DNA of 63,547 nucleotides, the filler included, from Nemertoderma westbladi (lineage: Eukaryota > Animalia > Xenacoelomorpha), in the NCBI GenBank assembly GCA_032718475.1. It is 4 parts of 4 records of this genome, joined end to end, with 100 filler letters (N's around TTAATTAATTAA, not from the genome) between each part and the next. Parts side by side here need not be neighbours in the genome. Positions count along the whole stretch, not along the records: positions 17,748 to 41,875 come from JAUCBJ010003162.1; 3 more parts are not named here. One strand, given 5' to 3'. Within the stretch, counting starts at the first letter, position 1. Every line of letters begins with the position of its first letter. A program made the position numbers and the translations under genes. Below are positions 25,291-38,204 of this stretch, piece by piece. The notes beneath the pieces were generated by a model. The model was not told where the DNA came from. It did no database searches and worked only from the letters and a program-made list of their open reading frames with translations.

Positions 25291-25632
25291 CCGCTCCATG
25301 AAAACAGTAAAAACAAGACTGTTTTCACCAATCGACAACAATACAAATCAATTAAAATATGTACATAGTCAATATAGGGCCTAAAATATAAAAAAAAATC
25401 ACTGTATGGTGAGTGTATTGCATACAAATATTGCTAAATAATATGTAAATATAAAACCTTCATTATGTACATACAACACATACGAGCTTTACTATCAAAT
25501 TAATATCAAATCTTGGTGCATAAAATAAAAAACTTAAATCAATCACATAATATAAACGATTAAAGGCAAATATTCTTAGAACGTACATAATAATCATTTA
25601 ATTACATAATAAATTCACCAAATTAAATTAAC

Positions 25633-27200
25633 TCAAATAAGACAAAACATAGTAATCTCAAATAATATAACATAAATGTCCTCCTGACAACTATAGAGTT
25701 CATCGTGCTGATCTAGTCCGTATACTGAGCACTTAATGCTAATGGTAGGCTTGCGAGCCTTCCAGTCTCCTCTACTTCGCTCTTTACCGCTTCGTCGATC
25801 GAGCTCGACCTTGCCCCCTGATGCAACCAAACGGTGATTTTGGTCTACTTGGGCTCGGGCTCGGGGAATGCTGGGAAATGGAACGATTGGCATTTCGCAA
25901 AGCCGCCGGCGCTCATACCAAGCAATCCCCATCCAACACCAGGTTTCCATCTAATCGGGTCGGGTGGAGTTCCTGTAATGCTCTGAGGGAGTTTGAGAAG
26001 CAGAACTATATTATGATATTTATTATATCATTATATTATGATGCCTCGCTCTCAGACGTCGACTGAACCCTCGTGGGTTTGGGTATAGGATATCCTGTCC
26101 CTCCACGCGGTTCTCTAGGAAGGGAAACGGTGTCTCGAGTAATCCGGATCTGCGATTTGGATGTTGTCCTCTCCGCTATATTAATCGTTCGTCTCACATC
26201 TTGTCCCACTTTCTGGGCTCGAAGCATACAATGTGGGGCATCCTCTTGAGGATGGTGCAACTTGTCAGACAATGGAGTCGCTTTAAACTTTGTTTCTCGC
26301 AAGATCTCCCCATCGTCAAGTATACAGGATGTCACTCACTTATTGTAAAACGCGCTTCAGTAAGCCCAAGCGATGGTATGCCAGGCTCCTCAGTTGCATT
26401 GTTTGACTCATAATTTGTCGAACTCTCCAGCAGTAGAAACGATTCACCACCATCTGAAAGTTCCAAGTGTTTTTATTGTCAGGGTATATCTGGAGGAAAT
26501 AATCCCGTACGACCTTAAATCTCCTATCCAGAGGCAATATATTGAGGACCTCCAGCAACTCGTTGTACTGAGGCATCGCAGATACGTATCCCTCCTTAGA
26601 CATCACTAAAGGGTTGACGGCACAGAATCCTAGGTGTGCTCTCATTGGGAACTGTCGTCTTTGCGCTGATACGTGCTCGTCCGCTAAATCTTCCCAATGG
26701 TCGAATAGCTGCCACATAATCCTTACCGACATGTGTGTATAAGGATCATCCCGAAGCTGGCACTCAGATGCCCTATGTCCCTTGATATTGCAGTAGGTGC
26801 ATTGCACGATGAAATGCCAGCATGTCTAGAAAGTATGGGATCTCTGATCTCCGCACCAGTTGCAAACCAAGTCTGGTAAAGATATATGTTTGGCCCCACA
26901 TTTCTTAGTGTGATGTGCTGTAACTCCACATCTTCCACATATGGTATTAGCAGGATACCAAACACGTTTGTATATGAGATTGCCAATAGGGCGAGCGCTA
27001 CAGTCCACATGATAATAGTAATCGTCGGGATCAGTTGGTACGTTCGTCTCCACGGGTAGTACACAGACCATAACGTCGCTTCTCTCGAGTTGACGAATCT
27101 CGGTTTATGACTTCCTCAGAAGATTCTCCTCTATTGCGATAATTTGCCGCAATGGCTCGTTGATTATAGTGGACTCGGTCGAATCGTCATCGGGGTGATG
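25633..27200 (-). pseudogene. Triple zinc-knuckle plus unknown-domain ORF (copy B)
   Basis: CGRCGVTAHHTKKC..CNWCGDQRSHTF*TC..CTYCNIKGHRASEC in one frame through TAG 26826-26828, then WEDLADEH...FPMRAHLG; homologous to 3086-3700. Confidence 0.75.
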
Positions 27201-27299
27201 AGTGGTAGGCGCGCGCGCCTTCTGTAATCTATTTTAATAATCTATAATGTAATCTATATGTGTCCGAAAATGAGTCCTCCTTCATATTAGCTATTGAGA

Positions 27300-27646
27300 A
27301 GCCTTCATATCCTTCATATCATTCTCACATTTCTCTCTAACTTCTTCTGAAAAGACGCCTGCCAACATATCATTCGAAATAATACTTGGCACCTTACCAA
27401 CTCCTTCTAAAAAATTCAAACAATTTTACCGCTCATTGAACGCAATATAATATACCTGCTCACAATAGGATGCAGGATGCTAAGCAACTTTACGCCGTGT
27501 AGAAGAATGCTACCAATAATTTTACCAACAGCTTTAAAACTCCCATTCGATACCTTAACAACATTTACTAATGCCAGTTCAATGTAATCATCAATCATCA
27601 GGAACATTGACGAGTTCAGCAAGGCTCCAATAACTGTACTAAACAT
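27300..27646 (-). pseudogene. HECT-domain (G2E3-like) fragment, probably transposon-borne
   Basis: FKAVGKIIGSILLHG...LHPIVSRYI resembles the HECT N-lobe F..aG..i..sl.hG motif. Confidence 0.4.
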
Positions 27647-27649
27647 ATC

Positions 27650-28005
27650 TTACCCGCAATAGATCACTTGGCCAATAGGAAACTTACCCAATAGATCACT
27701 TACCCAATAGGTCACTTGCCCAATAGGTGACTTACCCAATAGGTAACTTGCCCAATAGGTCACTTTCCCAATAGATCACTTGCCCAATAGGTAACTTGCC
27801 TAATGGGTCACTTTCCCAATAGGTAACTTTCCCAATAGGTCACTTACCCAATAGATCACATACCCAATAGGTAACTTGCCCAATAGGTTACTTTCCTAAT
27901 AGGTCACTTACCCAATAGATCACTTACCCAATAGATCACTTGCCCAATAGGTAACTTGACCAATGGGTCACTTTCCCATTAGGTAACTTGGCCAATAGGT
28001 CACAA
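27650..28005. repeat. 16-bp minisatellite (CCCAATAGGTCACTTR)
   Basis: About 22 tandem units. Confidence 0.95.
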
Positions 28006-30007
28006 CATTTGTATCCGGGATTGTAGCATTTCTTGTATTGCCCTTCATGTATTGTGCGTAGATTCATATCTAGCGGTTTAGCATTTTGGTTGTTTGGACT
28101 CGGCCTACTGGAGGTATTGGGTTTGTATTTGTTTGTGTTATTGTTTTGTTTCTGTCCCTGCCACGGTGTGGCCCTACTCCCAGCTCCTTGTGGACTACAA
28201 GTCCCCTGCGTGGCCACATGCGGTAGTGACTGTCTCATTTTCGGAAATGCATCCGCCGAACTATGTTCCGGTTTAGGTCGGCTGCATTCCGCTTTCGGTA
28301 CCTTACCGAGACTGTCCTCACTATAGACTGGATCCGTTATTAACTCCTCTTCATAGTTAAGGAAGTTTGACATCTCCTCCAGCTCTAGCTCCACAGTTTT
28401 CTTCTCTCGGGTGGAGAAAGCGATCTTTCTCCACTTGTTTCTCAGCCATATCGGTAGTGCCTGCGCTATTGTAGTGATGTTCTAGTCTCGTCTTCTAGTC
28501 TCGTATTCTAGTCTTCAGCACGTCGATGAGTGTTGCCATTCCCATTGCTTGTACTTCCAGCACGCTCGATGGTACGGATACAGACTCCCTTGCTGTTGGG
28601 TGTGGTTCACCCATCAGGCTCGTCGACTTTCCCTGCGTGGGATATATCATTGGGGGTAACGGTCCCCTCCATATCTCTGTGTCGCACGATTTATTTGGAT
28701 CTGAGGGGTTTGGGGTTATTGTTTTTGGTTGCGTGTATTGCTGATACTGTAATGGGGGAATGTCACCCTGCCCCCCCCCCCCCCCCACTAGCGTTAGACT
28801 GGAGCCAGATTTTTGCCGGAGCCGGAACCAGACCGGGTAAATTCCAAAAGTACCGGAGCCGGAACCGGAGCCAGAGCAGGTAGGTAAAATTAAAAAAAAA
28901 TATATTGAGGCCTGGTATGACTGTATGCTGTATACTGGTACCACTGCTGCGCTGCACTGTCAGACTGTACTAGGCCTATAATACGACCTGGCATGTTGCA
29001 GTTAGTCCACTACACAGCTACATTTAGTGAGCCAACTTCTCCACTTTCTGACTTTGTTTAGGCCTATACTTTATACTCATAAACCAGTACTGCAGTACAT
29101 TACGGTCTGACGGTAGTCGGGTAGTTTTATTACATATTAAATCTAACAAAACAACAGATCAACGATGCAATAGAAGAATGGTTGATAGCATCAACTCAGT
29201 CTGCCAGTAGATCTGTAGATGTAGACACTGTCTACATCACTACATCTACCTGTCTACAGATCTAGACAGGTAGAGGTATAGGTACTAGTACTAATACTAC
29301 TGTACTCTGGCTAGTGACAGCGACAGGCAGACAGGCTAGACAGAGTCAGAGAGTGAGTAGGTAGTACAGTACTGTAGGTACTAGTGTAAGTGTACTGACT
29401 GGCCTGTCTTTGTAGCCTCAGCCTGGCTGCCTGGCACCTGGTAGGCCAGTACAACAGTAGGCAGTGTAGCTGTCTGGCTGTACTATGATGGACTAGACTA
29501 GACTGCTAGATGACTGTGACTGTGGACAACTGATTGTGCATTGTACATCTGTACATTGTGTGTCTCTGTCTGTCTTTTACAGTTTTATACTGGAGCTCCG
29601 GTCCTCCGGTCATATTTTAGCCGGAGCCAGACCGGAACCGGAGCACCATTTTCAGGGCCGGATCCGGACCGGAGCCGGAGCTCCGGTCTAACACTACCCC
29701 CCACCCACCGATGTTATGTTTGGTACTGGGGTTGATATTATCATGTTGGGGCCCACACACCTATCCGCAATAACACCCCCCCCCCCCCCCCTTCCCCTGG
29801 GTATATATTGTATCCCTGCATGTTATAGTCATACTGGTGTGCAGGTACCGGTATAGGCCTATCTTCTTCTTGCCTACTGACCAGTATGTATGCCATGACC
29901 TCTGGGTTTAATCCCATCATTCGCGCTATCCTATCGCCTATACTATCTCTCCCAGCATGGCCTATAGTGTGTTCAGTAAGGCCTACAGTATGTCCGGCAG
30001 TCTGCAT
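28006..30007 (-). pseudogene. BEL/Pao gag remnant interrupted by a hAT MITE
   Basis: ALPIWLRNKWRKIA...EMSNFLNYEEELITDPVYS BEL gag motif; lies downstream of the LTR at 30075-30594. Confidence 0.7.
28789..29696. mobile_element. hAT-family MITE
   Basis: TIR TAGYGTTAGACYGGAGC; exact 8-bp TSD CCCCCCAC; CCGGAG/CCGGAA subterminal repeats. Confidence 0.9.
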
Positions 30008-30074
30008 GTGTCCTTCCAGACCGAAATTTAATCTTCTCGAGTATTCCGAGAAGTCCTCCCCGTGACTACCATAT

Positions 30075-30594
30075 TCTCGATCGGCAGCTACTGCTGAGCT
30101 AAGGCTGGACGCGTGTATGTTTGGCCGAAGGCCGATGAAAACTATATAGTTTGTTTGTCAGTATTGATAATAACAGCAATTGATAATAGCACAGTCTGAA
30201 TATAATAATATGCAATACAAACAGTAACAGTAACGACAACGGTCAAAAACTATTCCGGTCTCACAACCATAAGGAAATCAACTAACCAATAATCAGTAAT
30301 TACAACGGTTATATCATTGACACATATTGCTTTTAGCCCTACACTACTGGGCGGCCTTAATATCCAATGGATGCGCTCTTGTCCTTCCCCATGTACTTTC
30401 CTGCCTGCTATTGGCTTATATACTAATTGTCACTTCGCCACTCCCTGTTGGCGTTACCCCTTGGTGCTAGCCTCACCAGCTTGTTTCTCCCTCTGAGGTG
30501 GTTTGACCTCTCACCTCTCTCTGTGGCTTACGGCGTGTATCCCCCCCCACCCCCAGTTGGTTATGAGGTGAGATTATTCATTGGTAATCTCACA
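30075..30594 (-). mobile_element. LTR (family L) upstream of BEL gag
   Basis: Begins TGTGAG on the minus strand; homologous to 30800-31000 and 35040-35310. Confidence 0.6.
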
Positions 30595-30608
30595 TCGCCA
30601 ACTATATT

Positions 30609-31076
30609 GGTAAAATGCCACTAGTCCCATTTTCGGTGGGTAATGCATGGAATTGAATCCGCTTACACATCGCCAGCCACAAAGAAAGTTGAGAGGTCAT
30701 AAACCATCTCAAAGGGACTAGCAGGGCTAGCACGTGGGGATAGTGGCAGCAGGGAGTGTCGAGATGGAAATAAATTAGGTTAACCAATGATGGGAGGGAA
30801 AAACAGGTGATTGGAACGCATCTATTGGCCAGGCCGCTCAGTACAGTAGGAGTAACTAATATGTGTTTTTAACCGTCGTCATTACTGTGCTATTATATTC
30901 TGACTGTGCTATTATTATGTTCTGACATTATAACAACTGACACTAAAACTCATTTATTCCAACGGCCTTGACATTCAGATTACAGCCTTTCAGCAGCTTA
31001 CAGACGCGGCAATGCGTATAGCCCAAACACACACTGGTCGGGGTTCAAACCGCCAACTCAATTGGATCCCGTCACA
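30609..31076 (+). mobile_element. LTR (family L), back-to-back with the previous one
   Basis: Ends CACACTGGTCGG...GGATCCCGTCACA as do the 35397 and 53758 copies; left end uncertain. Confidence 0.6.
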
Positions 31077-32912
31077 CCCCTTTCTGATCAATTTAGCTGA
31101 AGATATTACTTCGATTATGGCTTCCGACGCCACCCCCCCCCCCCCCCCCCCCCCCCCCACCCACCTACACATACACATACGTTATGTGAACGCACCTTGA
31201 CATATAAACTAAAACTACACGTTCGTGTGGCCATCGTGCAGGACAAGGGTCAGTTATTAGATACAGATTAAAATTGGGGAATTCTATCCCAAAATCGGTA
31301 CTTAAGAAATTTAAATAAATAATTAAGAAAATTTAAGTAAAACCTATATTTAATAAGAAACATAACATAATAATAAGAAACACGCAATGTAAAGTTAACG
31401 TTCATTATTGAATATGTCAGTTTATATATAATTTCGTCCATCTGGTGATTATTTTAACATTTGATATTGGCTAATTAAGGTATTTGACTGGTAACATCGG
31501 CATGTTTTCGGCATGTAGTTCTATATAATATTGATGTAGCTATTTCAATATCGACTTTTAGCTATTTACATTATGCTGTACATTATACTGAAAAGTGCTG
31601 ATATAGGTCTCACAGGTCCCTTCCTACAAGTCGTGTGAACTTCTAGTTCCCATAATGATCCCTGATCAATTTGAGGAAATTACATGGAATTTGGTGTTCT
31701 CTTGATCGATCATCTCTATAGAATCTAAAAAAACAACAGAGGTGTATCTAGCTGGTGATATCTTGTATATTTTCACTACCTCTGATCGTTTTTTGTAGAG
31801 CAAGTAAGAACCCAGTCTGATGCACTTAAACGGTAATGGTGCTTGTGTACCTTCGAAAGAAGGCCATTTGAGTGAATCTCTTATATTCCCTAATCCCCAA
31901 AACTGTCTCGATTTGCTTAATAATTCGCTCTCTTTATCGATAATTTATCATCTATAATATTTCACTAATATAAACAGTCCCGCGAGGGTGTGGCAGCACA
32001 ATACAATAAGTAAATGTCTAACTAGTTATTTACGTACGTGGGCTCAAGTCTGGAATGTATTTCCCTTTAAGAGAAACTATATTTTTACTATGTTTGTTTA
32101 TATTATTACTATCACTACGGTATTCAATTTATGACAATGCTGAATCGTGATACTATTGATATTGAAAGCTTCGCTTGTATTACTGGTTGGAGTTATCGCC
32201 ATACTGTATACGGTAATTATTTAGTGGATTAGGGGTAAGCCAGACGACACATATAAGTCTGACACTATGTCCAGATTCTCAATAATGTTCACTTATTGGG
32301 ACCTACCTGCGTTTGGTGTCTAGAAAATGGCTTTAGTCTCGATGGAACGGCGATGTTATATTAATTAATCAAGTAACACAATATCCAGAAGCAAACAAAT
32401 TGAATTAACTGGTAGAATATCAAATAAACAAATAAAATTATAATAATAATTATATTAAACAAACTCAACGAATGATTGAATGAAATGAAAGTAATAATTT
32501 CCAGTCATTAAAGATTGACCTGGGAGTTCTTACTTCTTCCATATGTAAAGGTGATTCTACAAAACATTTAACGGTAATGTGAAAGAGAGTGAGAGTGAGT
32601 TGATGCATACTAACAATGCTTTATATGGGCCTACAGCCGTACACCATAACACCGCCTAGACTTACAAATCAGAAATTCGTGGTGGTTTAGCTGTGTATTT
32701 GTAACGATATTAGGTGGCGTTCAAGTCAATTAACAAAGATTTAAAAATATAAGGCTTTAAACCTAAATCGAGCAAAATAAGTAAACTAAGACCGCAAAGA
32801 ACATTTCTGCGTCAACAGAAAAACCAACCAATTATTATTAATTATTGAATTACTAATAGGGTAATACTTAATTAATTCCACATCTAATATTCATCAATTC
32901 AATTTCTATCAG

Positions 32913-33798
32913 GTTCGCGCAAGCATACCCATTAATGGCTTCACCGATTAAACACGAAGGTACAGCGTTACGACTAGATATCTATGGTTACCACGGCAAC
33001 GTCATTGCCGTTGACAAGGTCGTTCGCCATTCCAGTCCCTGGTCTTTGCTATTTGTTGGAACGACTGATGGATGGATAATTAAGTTTGTCTCAAGTTTCA
33101 ATAACACGGGTTATCACATCGTAATGGAGCGGCAAGTATTCAACCAAACGAACCAAGCTATAAGAAAGGTTAAGTTATTAAATGACGATGTGTTTATCTT
33201 AACAGTTAGAGAGTTTGCAAAGGTGTCGCGCTACAATTGTAAAGAGATGAAGAATTGCGAAGATTGTGTTAATTTACGGGATCCAGAATGTGCCTGGAAT
33301 GTAGATAATGAAGTTTGTGAGCACTGCAAAGATGACGCGGATTGTGGATTACAGGATATTGAAGAAAAGAATGGTGATAAATTATGCCCCTCCTTAACTG
33401 CAACGAATACCCCGACAATAACGCAATCATCAACACAAGCAATAACTTCAACTACAAATAACATGCTGCTTCCCTGGCTCGTCGTGAGTGGGATTGTTGG
33501 TCTCGTGTTTCTGTTTGGCTGCTTCATTGGTTTTATGATCCAACGCTATCAATTGGGGAGATACAATCAGGGCGATGTCACAAATCTGACGAGGGACGCT
33601 TCAACTCAAAAGGGCTCTGTTGAGTCAATGGAGGTTAATAGTCCAAGAACAACGTCATCACCAACGTTAGATGTTGATATGGTTGCGATTCAGCCTCCCG
33701 ATACCAACGCTGTTACTGCCATAGAGGTTGAACCAAATCAATATCAAAAGGATGATAAACCCAACCCACCGTTTTCGGCACACAGTTCAACCAATTGA
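32913..33798 (+). CDS. Last coding exon of a transmembrane semaphorin (Sema C-terminus, PSI domain, TM helix, cytoplasmic tail)
   Basis: Acceptor ttctatcAG at 32912; FAQAYPLM (HPLM motif), LLFVGTTDGWIIK, CEDCVNLRDPECAW PSI motif, TM LLPWLVVSGIVGLVFLFGCFIGF; no Ig domain, so class 1/6-like; upstream exons not identified. Confidence 0.88.
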
Positions 33799-34135
33799 GT
33801 TGATTGCATGGATGATGAATATACAGTATATGGAATAAATAAATCCGCCTGCTTCCCATACCGCATGTAATTATCACTATCATATCTGTTGTATCAACAA
33901 TCATATCTACAGCAATCATGTGAGAACTAAGGAGTAACTGTACTTTCCAAAATTATGGTAAGGAAGTTTGATGGTTTCGAGGGGGTTGCTTATTTTCTTC
34001 AGACTCATTTCTGTATTATTGGTTTGGAATGAAACAAAATTTACTTTCATGTAAATATATAGCAACAAAAAAATATGTGTCTACTCTTTACAATGGGAAC
34101 TCTAGTAGTTAGCTAATGGATGGAAGGATGCTTAA

Positions 34136-35963
34136 CCCTGTTTGGCCCGGGGGGGGTCATTTTAGAAATTTTTTTGTAAATCATGTATATCTTTGAGTCA
34201 GGTTTGTTGGGAAAACCGAAATTTTGTGACTTTTCCTAAAATTTAATAGGCTATCCAACAGCGAAAACGCCATTTCCATGGCTATGTTAGTTGTCGTGCT
34301 GAGGTCCCTTTCTGGCACCCATCTCCAGTATGTTTCGAGCTAACCTTTTCAAAAATTTTTATGGTTTACTATAATACATTTATTTGCAGTATACAGTATA
34401 GCGGTTTTTTGGATACTGATCACGATTATATAATTCAAATATAACATTCGAGAAAATTGTTGGTAATTTTGAATGTGCCCCCTGGGGCACGAGAAAACAA
34501 GTAGTGCAAATATGATAATCAATAATCACCACAAAATCATATTGATTTTATGACCATATAGGTTTTTTGGGATACTGATATTGTACGAATATGACACTGA
34601 AATATATCGTACATTTTTTATTAGGGCATTTTTGGATATGTCATGTCAATGTGCGGCACGAAAACAGTAGCACAAATTTGATAATCATAAATCATCACCA
34701 AATCATCCTGATTTTTAGACATTATGGTTTCTTCTGGCACGCTGATAACGAATATGACACTCAAAAATATCGTATAATATCAAACCAAATTTGATTTTTG
34801 CCATTACAAATTGTTAGCAGATCCAATCCGCTGCACCACCCAACGGAAAATGGGGAAAATCGTGATTTACAAATTACGATTAGATTTGCAATATTGCCCA
34901 ACGCAATATTGCATACCAGAGGGAACAGGGCAATATAAACTGCCAGCTGGGGAGAGATACCAATACATCTCAGGGGGAAGCCAGCACATGGCAGGGAGTG
35001 TCTAAGGGAAGTAAACCAACCAATAGTCTCAACACCATCAATTAGCGCGTGTCTATTGGTAGGTCAGTACAGTAAGCAATACTGTACAGTACGTGTAATT
35101 TTCCATGCGATGTCTATATAACTGTTACTCAGTGTTAGTTATGATTCAGTTGGCTAATATTCAGAGTAGAAAAGAGTTTAAACCGTCGTCGTTACTGCTG
35201 TCATTGTGCAATACTGATTGTGCTATATTACCGGTACTCATACATCTGAGATTATCAACAACAATAACCAAACTCTATCATTGTTGCACCGGCCTTAACA
35301 GCCTTTCAGTGATTAAGCGGACGCGGCGACACGTATTCCCAATACAACTGGAAACACACACTGGTCGGGATCCCTCGCCAACTCGGATCCCATCACACAT
35401 ATTGCATGCTAACTTGTCTTTTTCATCCCACCGGACAAGCACCAAAAACGATAGTTGCGTTAGGACCACGAATGATTTTTAACGAGATGTATCGTAATCA
35501 GCGACCTTGAAAACCAGTAAAAAAAAGCTTCAGAATTACCAAACCAAATGGAAAATTTAACAGATTATAATTTTGTGCTACTTGTATTTTTCGTTCTGGG
35601 GTACCAGAATTGCAGCAAAATTGGGTTTGCATTACCAAAAAAAATTTATAACTACCGGTAGTGTCATCATGACCAGCGACCTCGAAAACCCGTATATGTT
35701 CACAATTATCAAACCAAACACAAAATGTATTGGTTTGAGATTTTTTACTAGTACTTTTCGTCTTGATGGTCCAAATTTGCACCAATAATGATGGTTGCAT
35801 TACCAGAAAATATTTTTAACAAGTTTTATCGTAATCAGCGAACTCTAAAACCATTATATCATCAAAATTTTAATTTTTGAACCTAGATATCTAGAAAATT
35901 TCTAAAATGACCCTCCCACCACCCGGGCCAATTACGTTGTAAAATAGCCCGAGCCAGATAGGG
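34136..35963. mobile_element. piggyBac-like MITE containing a solo LTR
   Basis: TTAA TSDs; TIR CCCTGTTTGGCCCGG / CCGAGCCAGATAGGG; subterminal GGTCATTTTAGAAA inverted repeat. Confidence 0.85.
34812..35397 (+). mobile_element. Solo LTR (family L)
   Basis: TGT...GGATCCCATCACA; flanks CAAAT/CATAT (4 of 5 match). Confidence 0.75.
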
Positions 35964-35965
35964 TT

Positions 35966-36445
35966 AAAACGCGAATTTCGGGCAATTACATAATCGAATT
36001 TAAATTAGTATTTGGAATGGTGCTACTTCCCGACAGTTACGCCTCTACAGCTCATTCTGTAACATTATACCATATAAAACATTATTTTTCTATATATGGA
36101 AGGATGCCTAAAACATGAATCACAGTAGGGCATATCATCGAATTTATTCTTGTATTTGGAATGGATCTGGGATCGCGGGCTGATGAATTTATTCTTGTAT
36201 TTGGAATCGATCTGGGATCACGGGCTGATGAATTTATGCTTGTATTTGGAATGTATCTGAGATCGCGGGCTGATGAATTTATGCCTCACTAGTCTCCGCG
36301 ATACAGCTATACTTCTACAGATCATTATATCATTATAATACCTTTAACATTATTTAGGTATATGGAAGGATGCCTAAAACGCGAATTAGGGCATTAACAT
36401 CATCGTATTTAATTTTATATTTGGAACATCTACAGCTGTAACATT
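35966..36445. repeat. Local duplication with three 45-bp units
   Basis: GAATTTATTCTTGTATTTGGAAT.GATCTG.GATC.CGGGCTGAT x3; TATGGAAGGATGCCTAAAAC x2. Confidence 0.75.
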
Positions 36446-36713
36446 ACGGTAACATTAAAATTAAACAACATAATTATTATTATTTGTTTGTTTGTAATTA
36501 ATTATTACCGGTTGAGAAATAAAAATAATTGGATTAAACCAAATTAGTGATGATGAGACGACGTACATTCTGTACGTTTTTTAACATAAGTTTTTTGTTT
36601 TTCTGATACTGAATCGATTTTTCTGATCGAAAAGTAATGCAAATTTAAACCTCTAGGTGAGTTACAATCTCTACAATCCGGCGAACCTCGAACTTAAATA
36701 TTGAGTTAACTTT

Positions 36714-38092
36714 ACAGACTGTACCGGTGCTAGACCAACTACAGTAGCAGACTGTACCGGTGTTAGACCAACTAAAGTAGCAGACTGTACCGGTGCTAGA
36801 CCAACTACAGTAGCAGACTGTACCGGTGCTAGACCAACTACAGTAGCAGACTGTACCGGTGCTAGACCAACTACAGTAGCAGACTGTACCGGTGCTAGAC
36901 CAACTAAAGTAGCAGACTGTACCGGTGCTAGACCAACTACAGTAGCAGACTGTAGCAGTGCTAGACCAACTACAGTAGCAGACTGTACCGGTGCTAGACC
37001 AACTACAGTAGCAGACTGTACCGGTGCTAGACCAACTACAGTAGCAGACTGTACCGGTGCTAGACCAACTAAAGTAGCAGACTGTACCGGTGCTAGACCA
37101 ACTACAGTAGCAGACTGTACCGGTGCTAGACCAACTACAGTAGCAGACTGTACCGGTGCTAGACCAACTACAGTAGCAGGCTGTACCGGTGCTAGACCAA
37201 CTACAGTAGCAGACTGTAGCGGTGCTAGACCAACTACAGTAGCAGACTGTACCGGTGCTAGACCAACTACAGTAGCAGACTGTACCGGTGCTAGACCAAC
37301 TACAGTAGCAGACTGTACCGGTGCTAGACCAACTAAAGTAGCAGACTGTACCGGTGCTAGACCAACTACAGTAGCAGACTGTAGCAGTGCTAGACCAACT
37401 ACAGTAGCAGACTGTACCGGTGCTAGACCAACTACAGTAGCAGGCTGTACCGGTGCTAGACCAAATACAGTAGCAGACTGTACCGGTGCTTGTGCGGAAT
37501 ATACGCACACCAAATATATAAGTGCTGACTGTATCCAACAGTCAGCCTTCAGTCGAACATAATGCTGACTGCATCCGGCAGTCAGCTAAAGCAACAAGAA
37601 AAAGGGTCAGCTGTCAGACAATACTAAATATATAATAATCTGCTTGCTGGCTTGTCTCTCAATCAATAATCATCTATCAGCACTGTACCGGTAGTAAACC
37701 TTCACCAACGGAAGTATACAGTATAAAATAGTATAAATCTACTGTAATAACTTTATTACAGTGCTAGACCAACTACAGTAGCAGACTGTACCGGTGCTAG
37801 ACCAACTAAAGTAGCAGACTGTACCGGTGCTAGACCAACTACAGTAGCAGACAGTAGCAGTGCTAGACCAACTACAGTAGCAGGCTGTACCGGTGCTAGA
37901 CCAACTACAGTAGCAGACTGTACCGGTGCTAGACCAACTACAGTAGCAGACTGTACCGGTGCTAGACCAACTAAAGTAGCAGACTGTACCGGTGCTAGAC
38001 CAACTACAGTAGCAGACTCTATCGGTGATAGACCAACTACAGTAGCAGGCTGTACCGGTGCTAGACCAACTACAGTAGCAGACTGTAGCAGT
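36714..38092. repeat. 33-bp minisatellite in two blocks (36714-37489, 37758-38092)
   Basis: Unit CTGTACCGGTGCTAGACCAACTACAGTAGCAGA. Confidence 0.97.
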
Positions 38093-38204
38093 ACTAACTT
38101 CTAGTAATAGAGTAGTAATAACTTCTGACTACAGTAGGTGTTTGTAACCTGTTAATATTACAATAACTTCTTACTAGGTGTATAAAACCTGTTAATATTA
38201 CAAT

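Noticed and set aside
30120-30136. PBS-like TCGGCCTTCGGCC
   Set aside because: Aligns with an internal CGGCCTT of family L LTRs
32520-32680. Possible upstream semaphorin exon (KTFNGNVKE)
   Set aside because: Flanked by stops; no PRP-C motif or clear splice sites
36645-37538. Cys/Ser/Thr and Val/Ala repeat ORFs (297 and 280 aa)
   Set aside because: By-products of a 33-bp minisatellite whose unit length is a multiple of 3
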